Source of the DNA: a virus
Strand: one strand, 5' to 3'
DNA: 64,000 nt
IMG/VR virus record: IMGVR_UViG_3300045988_081205
The stretch's first letter is position 1; each line of letters starts with the position of its first letter. Positions 46,585 to 57,800 of this stretch are shown piece after piece. Under the pieces are notes generated by a model. The model saw only the letters and a program-made list of their open reading frames with translations. It had not been told where the DNA came from and ran no database searches. The translations under genes were made by a program, and so were the position numbers.

Positions 46585-47253
46585 TCATCCCTTATTAGCT
46601 AATTTCTCCATCAAGTCTTTATTGTATTTATATGTATCTAGCCAATCTACTGTAGCATCAGTAAATCCAAAGCGGCTCTTTACTTTTGCTTTATTCGCCT
46701 CATGCTTTTCGTCAATCTTCTCAGCTTTAGACCCATCGTTAAGCACCATTACAGTATGTCTAGATTCATTGACTAGCACATCGCCACGCTTGAGATAATC
46801 ACTAGATGTTAGATATTTCTTGTCTGTAATCATCTCAAATTTGCCCGTCTTAGCCCATTGCTGTTTCATCTGGAATGTAGCAGGAGCATTGCCCTGTGCA
46901 TATGCTACATCCATATTAACACCAGCCGCCTCAGCACATACCGCCATAAATGCGCTACAGTCTGTTTCACATGGCGTCTTGATTGCAGCTAGATTCCAAG
47001 CAACTTTCTTTGCTTCGGCTCTAAGCGTGTTTCTTTGCCATTGGTCATAGCCAATATTTTTATTAGCTACACCGGCTTCACATGCTTTAGCCATCTTTTC
47101 AGCCGTCTTTGGGTCTTTGGCTCGAATCAACAAGGTCCATCCGCCATTATACCAGTTAGACCGATTCAACTCACGACCTGATTGATTGCCAGCTTGACCA
47201 CCATGAATACCACCATGTTCATCAATGCTGGCTTGACCGATATATACAGCCAT
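46585..47253 (-). CDS. endolysin candidate (NlpC/P60-like cysteine peptidase)
   Basis: ETDCSAFMAV resembles the NlpC/P60 catalytic Cys motif; immediately downstream of the holin, start overlaps its stop. Confidence 0.6.
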   Translation of the reverse strand: MAVYIGQASIDEHGGIHGGQAGNQSGRELNRSNWYNGGWTLLIRAKDPKTAEKMAKACEAGVANKNIGYDQWQRNTLRAEAKKVAWNLAAIKTPCETDCSAFMAVCAEAAGVNMDVAYAQGNAPATFQMKQQWAKTGKFEMITDKKYLTSSDYLKRGDVLVNESRHTVMVLNDGSKAEKIDEKHEANKAKVKSRFGFTDATVDWLDTYKYNKDLMEKLANKG

Positions 47254-47570
47254 TATTTATTCTCCTCTTGCTTAGTGCCATATAGCTCATTATGGAGCAG
47301 TAAGACACTAGATTCAATCATGTTCTCAATAGTAGCCGAATCAAACTTGATACCGTGCTCAGACAGATAGTTGACAACATATGCCTTTTTCTCTTGTGCC
47401 TGTTCGGTCTTGAACAGTTGTTCTGCGGCTCTGACAGCAATATCTACATATTGCTGTGTCTGAGCAATCTTGGTTTCACCATATTTCTGCTTGAGATATG
47501 GTACAAGAACACCCGTAAGAACAGCCACGATAAGACTAAGAACGCTAACAATAATCTGAGTATAATCCAT
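47253..47570 (-). CDS. holin (LL-H-type, single N-terminal TM)
   Basis: TM IIVSVLSLIVAVLTGVLVPYL followed by a charged helical tail containing AVRAAEQ. Confidence 0.65.
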   Translation of the reverse strand: MDYTQIIVSVLSLIVAVLTGVLVPYLKQKYGETKIAQTQQYVDIAVRAAEQLFKTEQAQEKKAYVVNYLSEHGIKFDSATIENMIESSVLLLHNELYGTKQEENK

Positions 47571-47593
47571 TTTATATTCCTCCTATATTCCTA

Positions 47594-48247
47594 TTATTCA
47601 GTAATTTCTTTCCATCCAGCAGGATATGCAGATGGACTATATACATTGGCATCAATCAAGCTTTCATATACCTTACCTTCAAACTTAACCTTGTCGCCCT
47701 TCTTATACGCATCATGTGCGCCTGTTGGTTGTACAAAATCTGGTACTGTTTCAGCGGGTGGGGTTTCTGGTTCAGTTGTGCCGCCTCCACCAGTTTCACC
47801 TGAATCACCGCCATCTCCAGTTGATTCTGTATATTCTTCCCATCCGGCAGGATATACGTCTGGTGCCCATACATTGGCGTTGATAATGGATTTATATAGC
47901 TTACCATTATAGCTTACAATATCCCCAATATTATAGGCATCTGTTGCGCCTAGTGGTTGAACCCATAGAGGATAACCACTTGGGTCAATGCCAACCTTTT
48001 TATATAAGCTAGTAGCCGTATCTGGCGTCCATTGAGCCGCAGATATATGATCTTGTAGTACCTGATATAACTGTGGATCACCTACAGCATTAACGCCATA
48101 CACTACCCATTCACCAGTTACATACTTTACATTAACCGCCCATTCATCAAAGATGCTAGATACAACTAGCGCCTTTTCTTCTGGTAGAGTTGTAGCGAAA
48201 TATTGTACTGCTTTTCTAAATTGCTCTGCATACGCAATTCTTTCCAT
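47594..48247 (-). CDS. protein with two CBM5/12-like carbohydrate-binding repeats
   Basis: DAYNIGDIVSYNGKLYKSIINANVWAPDVYPAGWEE and DAYKKGDKVKFEGKVYESLIDANVYSPSAYPAGWKE, joined by a Gly/Thr/Pro linker. Confidence 0.65.
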   Translation of the reverse strand: MERIAYAEQFRKAVQYFATTLPEEKALVVSSIFDEWAVNVKYVTGEWVVYGVNAVGDPQLYQVLQDHISAAQWTPDTATSLYKKVGIDPSGYPLWVQPLGATDAYNIGDIVSYNGKLYKSIINANVWAPDVYPAGWEEYTESTGDGGDSGETGGGGTTEPETPPAETVPDFVQPTGAHDAYKKGDKVKFEGKVYESLIDANVYSPSAYPAGWKEITE

Positions 48248-48465
48248 TATTCAGCCACCTCCTCTTTTGTAGACAAGCCAATCATAGTATCGATAATCTT
48301 ATTGGCTTCATCCAGTTTTGTTTGTAGCTCATCAATTAGAGCCTGTTGTGCCTGTTTATCAATCGTCTCTTGAGTTGGCGCATATACATGATTGCCATTC
48401 TCATCTATGATTTCTACGTAACCAGCTTTTGCAGGTAATGTCGGTTGATTTATCATATACACCAT
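48247..48465 (-). CDS. hypothetical protein
   Basis: ORF track; coupled to the next gene. Confidence 0.5.
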   Translation of the reverse strand: MVYMINQPTLPAKAGYVEIIDENGNHVYAPTQETIDKQAQQALIDELQTKLDEANKIIDTMIGLSTKEEVAE

Positions 48466-48470
48466 CCTCT

Positions 48471-49769
48471 TTAATTCTTTGCTTTAATATAAGCATGTAA
48501 CCCAGTAGCAGGAGAATATGTTGGAAGCAGAACATTTGCACTATCAAAACTCAAGATTTTTGTAGCAGCACTACCAATGATATATACCTTATGATCTTGA
48601 GGATTCTCAAGCATGTCATATAGAGTTCCAACATCCAAATCATTTATCAAAACATTCCATGTATTAGCATGATCGACAGACTGATATAATTTTGTTCCAT
48701 TCAAATAGAAAAATCCATGAGAACTACCAAATACTCTATCTGATGTTGGGAGAGTTATCGGCGTAGCTTCTGTAGAATTTTCTAAAATTATATATGGGCT
48801 AGCTGCTGTAAATTTACTTGATGCATAATTTAACAAAGCAACTGTGCCATCACATGCAAAGAACGTATTTTTTGTACCACTTGTTACAACCGCGCTCCCT
48901 AATAACGATGTTCCAAATTTGTTAAATATATAACATCGTGGATTTATGACGCCACCATTTACATATCCAGCATACATTATATATTTTCCACCCAATTTTA
49001 CAATGTTATTATATTGTGTATACAAACTATTAGGTATTGTTGCTCCTGCTTCCCTAACATTAAAAGTATTAGGAAATGATGTTACTAAGCATGGCTGAAC
49101 ATTTTCAAAAGTCTGAACAACATAAAATAAATCTCCATCTACTTCCCATCCACCACTTACTGTCATGCGTTCAAAAGTTGTAGACACTGGCATACTGTTC
49201 AAATCGTAAGTATAATATCCATTAGTATCATGTCCCTGAGAACTCTGCTGTTTAATAGTTGTATACATATATTTCTTTTGACTTGGAACATAAAAAAACG
49301 TTAATGTGTCAACATTTGAAGATTGCGAAGACAATGATGTATAAAAATCATAAGAATTTATTGGGCTGTCTTGGAACGTATCTTTCCACAATATCTCTCC
49401 TGCCTTGCCCGGTCTGTATAACGTATCTGCACTTGCGCCAATACTTTTGAATGTGCCTACATGCGGAGCGCTTTTCAATAGGTTCTTTAAGACAGGATAT
49501 TGTGAACCATCTACAATTGCGCCATTGCACAATAGCCAATTGTCTCCCAGATTGTTTCTAGCTGTTACAAGTACGTCTCCAATTACATATGAGCCTCCAC
49601 CATATGCTATATGATTGAAAGCATTATTTAATGTGTCGCCAGATGGCAAATTTAAGATACGTTGCGCTTGATCATCTAGTAACACCTGTCCACTAATTGT
49701 TTCTGGATATAGAGTATCATAATCTGTGCCATTATAATTCTCTATAATAAAATTTTTCTTTTCAGCCAA
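48471..49769 (-). CDS. tail fibre / receptor-binding protein candidate
   Basis: ORF track; position in the distal tail module; no motif recognised. Confidence 0.5.
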   Translation of the reverse strand: MAEKKNFIIENYNGTDYDTLYPETISGQVLLDDQAQRILNLPSGDTLNNAFNHIAYGGGSYVIGDVLVTARNNLGDNWLLCNGAIVDGSQYPVLKNLLKSAPHVGTFKSIGASADTLYRPGKAGEILWKDTFQDSPINSYDFYTSLSSQSSNVDTLTFFYVPSQKKYMYTTIKQQSSQGHDTNGYYTYDLNSMPVSTTFERMTVSGGWEVDGDLFYVVQTFENVQPCLVTSFPNTFNVREAGATIPNSLYTQYNNIVKLGGKYIMYAGYVNGGVINPRCYIFNKFGTSLLGSAVVTSGTKNTFFACDGTVALLNYASSKFTAASPYIILENSTEATPITLPTSDRVFGSSHGFFYLNGTKLYQSVDHANTWNVLINDLDVGTLYDMLENPQDHKVYIIGSAATKILSFDSANVLLPTYSPATGLHAYIKAKN

Positions 49770-49775
49770 TTATAT

Positions 49776-50063
49776 TCACTCCTTCAATTTGAAGTATACT
49801 TGCCCACTTGTCATGCCAGCAGGAGGTTGAGTAGCAACCTTGATTACATCCTGTTTGAATGTAGAGTCGGATGTTGATTGAACTGCTACAATTCGGCTCG
49901 TCACATAGTTAAATAAAGCCGCTACTACTGTCTTATCTGTCAACTGGTCGTTCTGTAAAATAGCTAGAGCCGCCTCATATTGTCCGGCTGACATATATTG
50001 CTTGAACTGCGTATTCAAATCAACATCAGACAAATGCAAGTCTTGATATTTCATTGTCATCAT
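49776..50063 (-). CDS. hypothetical tail-module protein
   Basis: ORF 49776..50093; ATG 50063 overlaps upstream TGA. Confidence 0.5.
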   Translation of the reverse strand: MMTMKYQDLHLSDVDLNTQFKQYMSAGQYEAALAILQNDQLTDKTVVAALFNYVTSRIVAVQSTSDSTFKQDVIKVATQPPAGMTSGQVYFKLKE

Positions 50064-50386
50064 ACAATAGCCGCTCCTGTTACATGAAACCAAAAATCTG
50101 TGGCTTGTTGAAATGTTGGTTGCGTCTCAGATACAATATAAGCTGGGCTATATCTATCGCCAAAATATTGCTCTGTTGCTGTTAAGCCATCTAGCACATC
50201 ATTTATAAGCCCAGCTGAAATAATCTTCTGTTGATTATTTGGTATTTGAGACAATACCTGCTGTGCTACATCATAACTACCAACCTCCATAGCATCTTGA
50301 TACTGCTTTACCAACTCAGCGTCATCAGTTGTAATATCTAGCATAGTTGGAAATGTATCAACTTGATTAGGAAAATTAGTTGCCAT
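50060..50386 (-). CDS. hypothetical tail-module protein
   Basis: ORF track. Confidence 0.5.
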   Translation of the reverse strand: MATNFPNQVDTFPTMLDITTDDAELVKQYQDAMEVGSYDVAQQVLSQIPNNQQKIISAGLINDVLDGLTATEQYFGDRYSPAYIVSETQPTFQQATDFWFHVTGAAIV

Positions 50387-50401
50387 CTAATCTCTCCTTT
50401 C

Positions 50402-50962
50402 TTATTCGTTGAATTTTGGTCCAGCTATAAATTTACCAGTGCCAAAATTACCATAAAATACGCTATTCACCTTATCCCACAAGCCAACGTCACCTAGCTT
50501 ATTCTGATATGGGATATAATCTCTAATCAATACGCCATCATTCCATATTTTACATGAATGTAGGAATGCTGATAGAGCCGGTGTTTGGAAATAACCGTCT
50601 TTACTATAAGTCAATAGCGCCATATTATTTTTCATCTTAAATTCACTTGCATCGTATTGTACTGATTGCCCATTTACAGTAAGCTGGTTTTTATTCATAT
50701 CTAGAGTCATCTTAGTGAATGACGTGCCAACTGATATTGTCTTACTATTGTCTTGATTATAGCCAAATGTAATTGTTCCATTGTTATATGATGCGCCTAG
50801 ATATGTATATGTATCAGGGTCTTCCTGTGCCGCCTTTTCGTTTGTATATATCGAGCCAAATAGATAGCCACTTGCTCCATTAAGCACAGTTAGTTCCATC
50901 TGAACACGTGTATTATTGTTAGGAATAAAGCCCGTACTGATAAACTGTGTACCTGTAGACAT
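50402..50962 (-). CDS. tail-module protein, lectin-like fold possible
   Basis: ORF track; beta-rich sequence. Confidence 0.5.
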   Translation of the reverse strand: MSTGTQFISTGFIPNNNTRVQMELTVLNGASGYLFGSIYTNEKAAQEDPDTYTYLGASYNNGTITFGYNQDNSKTISVGTSFTKMTLDMNKNQLTVNGQSVQYDASEFKMKNNMALLTYSKDGYFQTPALSAFLHSCKIWNDGVLIRDYIPYQNKLGDVGLWDKVNSVFYGNFGTGKFIAGPKFNE

Positions 50963-50986
50963 AATATATTTTAGCTCAACCGGCTC

Positions 50987-52480
50987 TTATGTTCCATCTA
51001 CTAGATAATATGGATACCAGCTTGACGCTGATATGGTCATACTATTTGTATCACCGTATTGTGCATTATATGACTGTATCATATATTTCTTTGGGTCACC
51101 CTGTAATTTCATAGCATGACTCATAATAATATTGACATCAAGCCAAGGAATTGGTATAGTAGCTAATGAAATACTATCATTAAGCCGACAGCGCCAATAT
51201 AGCTCTATATCAGCTCTTTGTTTAGCCAAATCATTAGACATGATATTATCATATTCGCCGCTATAGCATACATGGCGAATAATACCAACGGAGCTAGAAC
51301 CAACAGGGTTACCAACGTAGAACGGGCTATCTGGATTATCGTCATATGCCACAGCTGATGCTTGGTCATTACCCAAGTCTAAGAACGTGTGATTTGCTTG
51401 AAACTGAGCGACATAATATTTGTCTTTTTCAAGATAGTTTGCACCAGACCCATCTTTATTAACAAGTTTATATGTACCTAATATGGTTGGCGCTGCTTCA
51501 CTAGCGCCAGCTGTAATCTTTAGATAGATAGAACCTGTCACCTTACTAGGAGGCACAAAGCCAACCAACGTCCATTCTTGTAATGGTGAACCACCTGTTG
51601 CAGTTGGCGTTAATGATGGTATATGCAAAGTAACGGTCGAGCCATCCACTGTGGTATTATCGCTAAAATGGTCAATATTATGACTACGCCCATATACCTC
51701 TATATAATTCTTGACATTCTCAAAATCTGTGTTTACTGATTCTGAGATGAGAATGTTCTGCCATACATCGTCATCAATCAATACAGGGTCATTTGCACCA
51801 GTTGGAATAAGCTCATAGTGAAATACGCCATCTACGTCAAAATACATCTGATATTGTGGCAAGATAGCACATAGCTCTTTGAGAATATCATATACAGTAC
51901 CGCCTTGAGCTATCTCAATATCATATGGCACTTCTTGAATTGCGCCATCTACGTTCTTACATTCACTAACAATATACTTGTTGAACCCGCCTAATTCCAA
52001 TGCGGCGATTATAGCACCACGCACATCTGAACCTTGTGGCACTTTAGTAGGTACGCCCGGCAATTCGCCATTTCTCAATCCTGTTAATTTTGACATCAAG
52101 TCAAGCCCTGAGAAAGATAGAGTATATGTCGCCGCATCATATTGATAACTAGGCGCATTGATTAGATAGATGCCCTGATTATACCATTGGATATTACCAG
52201 TACGAATATTAAGATATCCTATCCATGGTCTGATATATTTGTCAAGGAAAATCTTGCCACCGGGTTTAATCTCAAATGAGCTATCTGTTACAACTAAGCT
52301 GCACTCACACGAACGCCGCAAATCAGCATTAGCATCAACTGTGACTGATAACCCAATCAGGTTGCCGCTTAGTTCATCTACTACGTTCATGTTGAAATCC
52401 AACAGGTCTAGCTTAATATATTGCTTGATATATGATTGTCTAAGGATGTTATAATCATCCTGTGTGATATTCAATGCCAT
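50987..52480 (-). CDS. tail-associated (Tal / baseplate hub-like) protein
   Basis: N-terminal region resembles siphovirus Tal N-termini by recall; position downstream of the tape measure. Confidence 0.55.
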   Translation of the reverse strand: MALNITQDDYNILRQSYIKQYIKLDLLDFNMNVVDELSGNLIGLSVTVDANADLRRSCECSLVVTDSSFEIKPGGKIFLDKYIRPWIGYLNIRTGNIQWYNQGIYLINAPSYQYDAATYTLSFSGLDLMSKLTGLRNGELPGVPTKVPQGSDVRGAIIAALELGGFNKYIVSECKNVDGAIQEVPYDIEIAQGGTVYDILKELCAILPQYQMYFDVDGVFHYELIPTGANDPVLIDDDVWQNILISESVNTDFENVKNYIEVYGRSHNIDHFSDNTTVDGSTVTLHIPSLTPTATGGSPLQEWTLVGFVPPSKVTGSIYLKITAGASEAAPTILGTYKLVNKDGSGANYLEKDKYYVAQFQANHTFLDLGNDQASAVAYDDNPDSPFYVGNPVGSSSVGIIRHVCYSGEYDNIMSNDLAKQRADIELYWRCRLNDSISLATIPIPWLDVNIIMSHAMKLQGDPKKYMIQSYNAQYGDTNSMTISASSWYPYYLVDGT

Positions 52481-52483
52481 ATA

Positions 52484-53392
52484 TTATGCCTCCGTGGGGA
52501 TAAGTCCATTCATAAACAGGTCCGACTTATTATCCGGTTTGCCTGTCTCTGTCCAGCTTGCATTAACATCGCACATACCCATACCATAATTGCTATCATA
52601 AGACACCGAGGGATTGCCTGTGATAAGGCAGAGCCACGCCTCACCATTCCAGTCCTTTATTATCTTGGGCTTACCATTCGTTAAGAATTTCAACAGGGTA
52701 TTCTTTCTAGCTGTGATTTCCTGTCTATCAATATTGCCAGTTTGCTCAAAGTCAGCAGGTAGCACCTTGCCTTGAATTGAGCCAGTCTGATAATTCTGTA
52801 GTCCATTGCTAATAACAACAGGATATTGCCGCCCATATGGTGTGAATACGCCTACTTGCCGCATTTGGTCATTATTGCCATATGCAACACCACAATATAG
52901 TTTATATACCGTGTCATAGTCACAAATGAAGACACCCTTGAAATTGGTAGCAATTTGCTCGACAATATAATCGCCCTCAACATGGCTCATCATAGGCACA
53001 TAAGCATATTGATATTCAGTGAAGTTAAGTGCCAAATTATCAGTGAATGTAAACGTCAATTCTGATAGGCTGTTAATTTCAGCCTCTTTAATTATGGTCC
53101 ATTCAAACTCGCCTACTTTACGCCGTTTGAGTCTGTACCCTGTAACATCCTTTGCTATCTGGTCGACATTGCCAGCAGAGATGTTGTTCTCAAAGTTACA
53201 ATCCATGACCGTCTCCCAGTCCCAATCAGTAGGGATAGTTGGATTATATGGTTTAGTTACATTTTTGCTTACATTAAAATGGTCATATACGCCGCTCTCA
53301 ATGCGCGTCTTAGTGATATGTGAGACGTTGGTTGGCATAGGGTCAATAGCGTTTCTATCAGAACAAAAATTATAGCCTAATACAGCAATCAT
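52484..53392 (-). CDS. tail/baseplate component (Dit-like by position)
   Basis: ORF track; overlaps upstream gene end. Confidence 0.5.
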   Translation of the reverse strand: MIAVLGYNFCSDRNAIDPMPTNVSHITKTRIESGVYDHFNVSKNVTKPYNPTIPTDWDWETVMDCNFENNISAGNVDQIAKDVTGYRLKRRKVGEFEWTIIKEAEINSLSELTFTFTDNLALNFTEYQYAYVPMMSHVEGDYIVEQIATNFKGVFICDYDTVYKLYCGVAYGNNDQMRQVGVFTPYGRQYPVVISNGLQNYQTGSIQGKVLPADFEQTGNIDRQEITARKNTLLKFLTNGKPKIIKDWNGEAWLCLITGNPSVSYDSNYGMGMCDVNASWTETGKPDNKSDLFMNGLIPTEA

Positions 53393-54471
53393 ACCGTCTC
53401 ACCTCTATTCTCTATCTTTAAGTCGTATACATTGTTGATGCGCCGATTCCAGATGAATAGATATTCTGTATCAGCTGGCTTTGCTATCTTATTGGAGAAT
53501 ATACTGTAATAATGCCGCCATTTTGGATGAATGGCAACCAGCTCAATCCATACATAATTGCCCTCTTCACGATATGTTATTGTAACCGTCGCGCCATCAT
53601 CATTGGTGAACGTTAGAATGGTTGAATTAGGGTTAAAGTCACGTCCCCATATACCCATAGTGTAATCGCTAGCTATCTCATAGTTATCTTTCCATTCTAC
53701 ATACGTTCCACTTTGTCTGAGGTCAACCTCTTTATCGTCAATATAAGTAGGAGGGTATGGGTTAGAATCACCCGGAATACCAACCATATTATTCTCAATT
53801 GTCACATATCCATCATGGCAATTGTTGGTCAAATACATAGTTGTATATAATCTTGGTATGACATATACAATATATATATTAACCTTGCCCGATTCGACCG
53901 CTGTTCCTTCTACAGTTTGCCCAACTACCTCAATCTGATATGCCAACTTATCCTCAAAGCCTGAGAACATATAAGATACAGTTGTTGGTACGGCTTGATT
54001 CTGTAGGTATTTAACGCCGCTTGTTGCTACCAAATCGCCCTGAGCATCATATAAATTGAATTGATATTGCGCCAACTGCTCAGATTCAGCCTGATTATAT
54101 TGTGCCTCAAACTCAAATGACGCATTGGGGATATTATTGCTAGGCGGTATATTGCTAAAAGTTAAAGTAGGTTGAGTATAGCAATAGAATAAAATAGGGT
54201 TTGATTCAACTGATATATTGCCCTGTGCGTCAATCGTCTGAATCGTCGCTTGATATTTTGTACCATTAGCTAATGTATTGGCTGGTAATGTATGTATATA
54301 AGCAAATGTTGTAACCGTCTGTTTATATACTTGCTCTAACGTCACATTATTTTTTATTGTTAATATGTTGCCTGTGACCTGAGAGCCACCTTGTGAATAG
54401 AACTTGAACTGCTGTGACTTAGTTGCGTCAAATGCCGCAATTTGAGCTAATGTTGGTTTGGTTAATACCAT
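53389..54471 (-). CDS. tail structural protein
   Basis: ORF track. Confidence 0.5.
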   Translation of the reverse strand: MVLTKPTLAQIAAFDATKSQQFKFYSQGGSQVTGNILTIKNNVTLEQVYKQTVTTFAYIHTLPANTLANGTKYQATIQTIDAQGNISVESNPILFYCYTQPTLTFSNIPPSNNIPNASFEFEAQYNQAESEQLAQYQFNLYDAQGDLVATSGVKYLQNQAVPTTVSYMFSGFEDKLAYQIEVVGQTVEGTAVESGKVNIYIVYVIPRLYTTMYLTNNCHDGYVTIENNMVGIPGDSNPYPPTYIDDKEVDLRQSGTYVEWKDNYEIASDYTMGIWGRDFNPNSTILTFTNDDGATVTITYREEGNYVWIELVAIHPKWRHYYSIFSNKIAKPADTEYLFIWNRRINNVYDLKIENRGETV

Positions 54472-54486
54472 ATCTCATCCTCCTTT

Positions 54487-54816
54487 CTATATTGTTTTCC
54501 AAATCAAGTTACCTTCTGAATCTATTGATAACACCTTACCGGCATCTGCTTTTGTATAAGGTGGTAAAATATCAACTGTTATAATAAACGCCTGATTCAT
54601 TGAACCATTTGGACAAAATACCCTATAACTCTTATTTACAGTTGGTGTATCGCCATAATACGCTATATTACTGTGTGTCTTGCCATTAGCTCTAACTGAG
54701 CATGTATTATTATCCCCTACAGCCGTTACTATAGCCGTATATATCTTAACTGAATCCTTGACTGCGTTTTGAGCCAAGATGTCCATTGATTGTAATAATT
54801 CTTCACTAGGTAACAC
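54487..54816 (-). CDS. small tail-module protein
   Basis: GTG start 5 nt after GAGGTG; 11-bp hairpin (54837-54874) lies between it and the tape measure stop. Confidence 0.5.
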   Translation of the reverse strand: MLPSEELLQSMDILAQNAVKDSVKIYTAIVTAVGDNNTCSVRANGKTHSNIAYYGDTPTVNKSYRVFCPNGSMNQAFIITVDILPPYTKADAGKVLSIDSEGNLIWKTI

Positions 54817-54880
54817 TAAATCACCTCTTTTAGATAATCATGGTAGCCATATATTTCTATACAGCTACCATGATGTTATA

Positions 54881-57800
54881 CTAACTACGTCTTGTCACAT
54901 ATTGTTGCGCCAATTCTCTAAGTCCACTTACGAACGATTGAGCATCGCGCACATTGGGTAATGTAACATTGCTAATGTTGAGCGTCTGCGCCAAACTCTG
55001 TGCTTTTTGAGCCAAAGACGACAACATATCGCTAGGTGTCATAGACCCCCAACGCCATAGATTGTCCGTAATGCCGCTTGGTAGGATACCATCGCCCTGA
55101 TTCAGCACTCTCAGCTCTGGACCATTTTCACCAACTAAAGATAAGCCGCTGTCGGCATTACGTGTGCCACGAGCATAACCTTGAGCGCCTATCTTCTTCA
55201 TTTCGGATGCATAGTTTAATAAGTATCCTTTAGTAATATCATATTGAGCTTTATCATATAAGTCTTGAACTTCGTCTTTCGTTAATGATTCACTAAATAA
55301 TTTGTCATATAATCGTTGATCGGCAAGTCCCTCAAAATCAAGCGCATCTGCTACATTGTATTCAGTCGCTAAAAGATCAGCTGGTATTTTTTTGTAGCCA
55401 CCATGCATAGCGGCTGATGTATTGCTTTGGTCAATATAACCGAGCTCATCTTGCTTAAATTCTCCCGGTTTAGTGCTCCAAGCATCGGTCTGATGCTCCC
55501 AAGCCTCTTTGTATAAATCACGGTTGCTAGCCCATGTGTCTTGTTTGCTAACATCTGTTCCGAAATATTTTGAAGCGGCTTCATCGCCATATGCCTCTCT
55601 ATATTCCTTAATCATTTGTTGCTTAGTATCTCTGAGCTGAGTCCAATATGCAACTTCAGCCTGAGACTGAGCGTTCTTTATCTTTTCGCCAAAGTCGGTT
55701 TGAACACCATAAGACCTTACATTTTCTTCACGAATCTGTTTCTTTAGCTCGGCTTCACGTTGCCGCCTTTCTTCTCTGGCTGCCTGTGCTTCGTTATATG
55801 CTATAAGAATTTGTTTGTAAGCATCACCGGGCTTCATTGCCTCACCGAAAGTATCATATAGACCCTCTTCAGACATCCCCTCATACACAGTTCCAGATAT
55901 CTGTCCTTGGGCATATTGTAACAGATGCTTACGAAGAGCGTTTGGGTAATTTAGAACATCACCGCCATTGCTGAAATACTTTTTAAAGAACGCTTTCGAT
56001 TCATCGCCTAGCATAGACATTAAGTCTTTAGTTTGGCTCTGTTCTATACCACGATACGTCTCTTGATAGTCTTTCTGCGCACTAGATATAGCATCGGAAT
56101 CTTGCATATATTGGAAGCGCCCTTCACTATATACTAGCATACGGCGCTGTTTAGCTTTTTCTAATGCCTCTAGCTTTTCTTCAAGGGCTATCTTATCCTC
56201 TAGTAGCTGATTCTGACGGTCATATTCTTCTGCTGCTTCTTCAGCTATTCCTTTTTCAGCGGAGGCGTTCTTTACAGCTTTCGCAACTGCGGCATTATAT
56301 TGTTCTTCGATGCTGGCACCCATCTGACGAATCATCGCCCAAGCTTCTTCAATGGCCGTAATAGCGCTATTCGCGTTTCCGCTTGCAAATGCCTGATGAA
56401 TAGAGCCTGTTATAGATGATACAGTAGACGATACTTTGTCTTTTAGCCCATCTAGCAAACCACTAATAGAACCGGACAAATCGCCGCAATTCTTCTCAAT
56501 ATAAGTGATAAGCTCGTCAACACTATATGTGCCCTCAGATACAATCTCAGAAAATAGCGTTTTTAGTACTTCAACAAATTGAGCAAATTCAGCCTCAGCT
56601 TGTTTATACTGTTCACTTGTTTCATCAAATCCTTGTTGCTTGAGCTGAGATAGGTAATCCTGATAGGATTGATATATAGTGGCTACTTCTGATAGAGTTG
56701 ACTGTAAATCAGATTTACTAATATCTGGGTCAATTAGTTTGAGACGTGTTGACTCGTCTGTTAGATATTCGCGCAGTTCTTCAATGGTATTGATGGTTTG
56801 AGCTTTGACCTCTTCTTGGTCTTTTTTGGTTGAGGATGAACCTCCTCCGCCACCACCACCTGTTGAGACAAACGGCTTGATGGATTCGAGCTGTTTCTTA
56901 TACTCTTCCATCTTCTTTTTGTAATTGCTTTGCCCAGCCGATTGTATTTGAGACGTAACCCATTTATTAAATCCCGCTATATCAGCATCAGCGCTTTTAC
57001 CAAAAGTACGAAAATAAGCTTGTCGCAAGCCCTCCATATCGCTAGTTGTACCAGCGGCTCTACCACCAACAAGGTCAGACGCAGTACTAACGCCAGCCAT
57101 ATCCATCATAGACGCTAATTGGCTAGTGGTAATCATTGCAGCATTGCCAACCTCTTGAATAGCTAGTATCAACGCGCTAAAATCAGCTTGAGCTTGTGCC
57201 TGTTGTGCCTGAATAAATGACTGAGCCATACTAGCCATAGAACCAGATGTAGATAATGCCTGTTTAGCCGCTTCTGTTAATTGTCCATTAGCATCAAATA
57301 GAGAATTGACCAGTACACCACTAGCATCATCCGCATTTTCATTTGCACCACGATATTGGTCAAGCGCGGCTATGTAGGTATCTAGCTTAGATGCTGATTC
57401 TTCTTCTGCTACACCAAGCTCTTGTACGTCATTAGCTGCTCCGCTTAAATCAGTATTTTGTACTACACCATTAAGCGTTTCCCAGTTATTGATAAAATCA
57501 ACTTGCCACTGGTCAAGATTTTCGCCATTATCTGCAAGAATTTTTAGAGCATTATAATAATCCTCTGTTGATGTTACAAGCTCACCTACTTGCCGAGTAG
57601 CAGAATCACTAGACGTAATAACATCTTGAGTATATTTTGACCAATTAGCTAATGACTGCCCTTGAGATTGCGCCCAATCAATCGTCTTTTGCTTTGTTTC
57701 GGTGATTGTAACACCCAATCCATTAAGAGCGTTTTTAGCAATTTCAGCAGCCTCGCTCCAATTTCCAAGAGAGGATGCCTCTAAATAGGCATCATATGAT

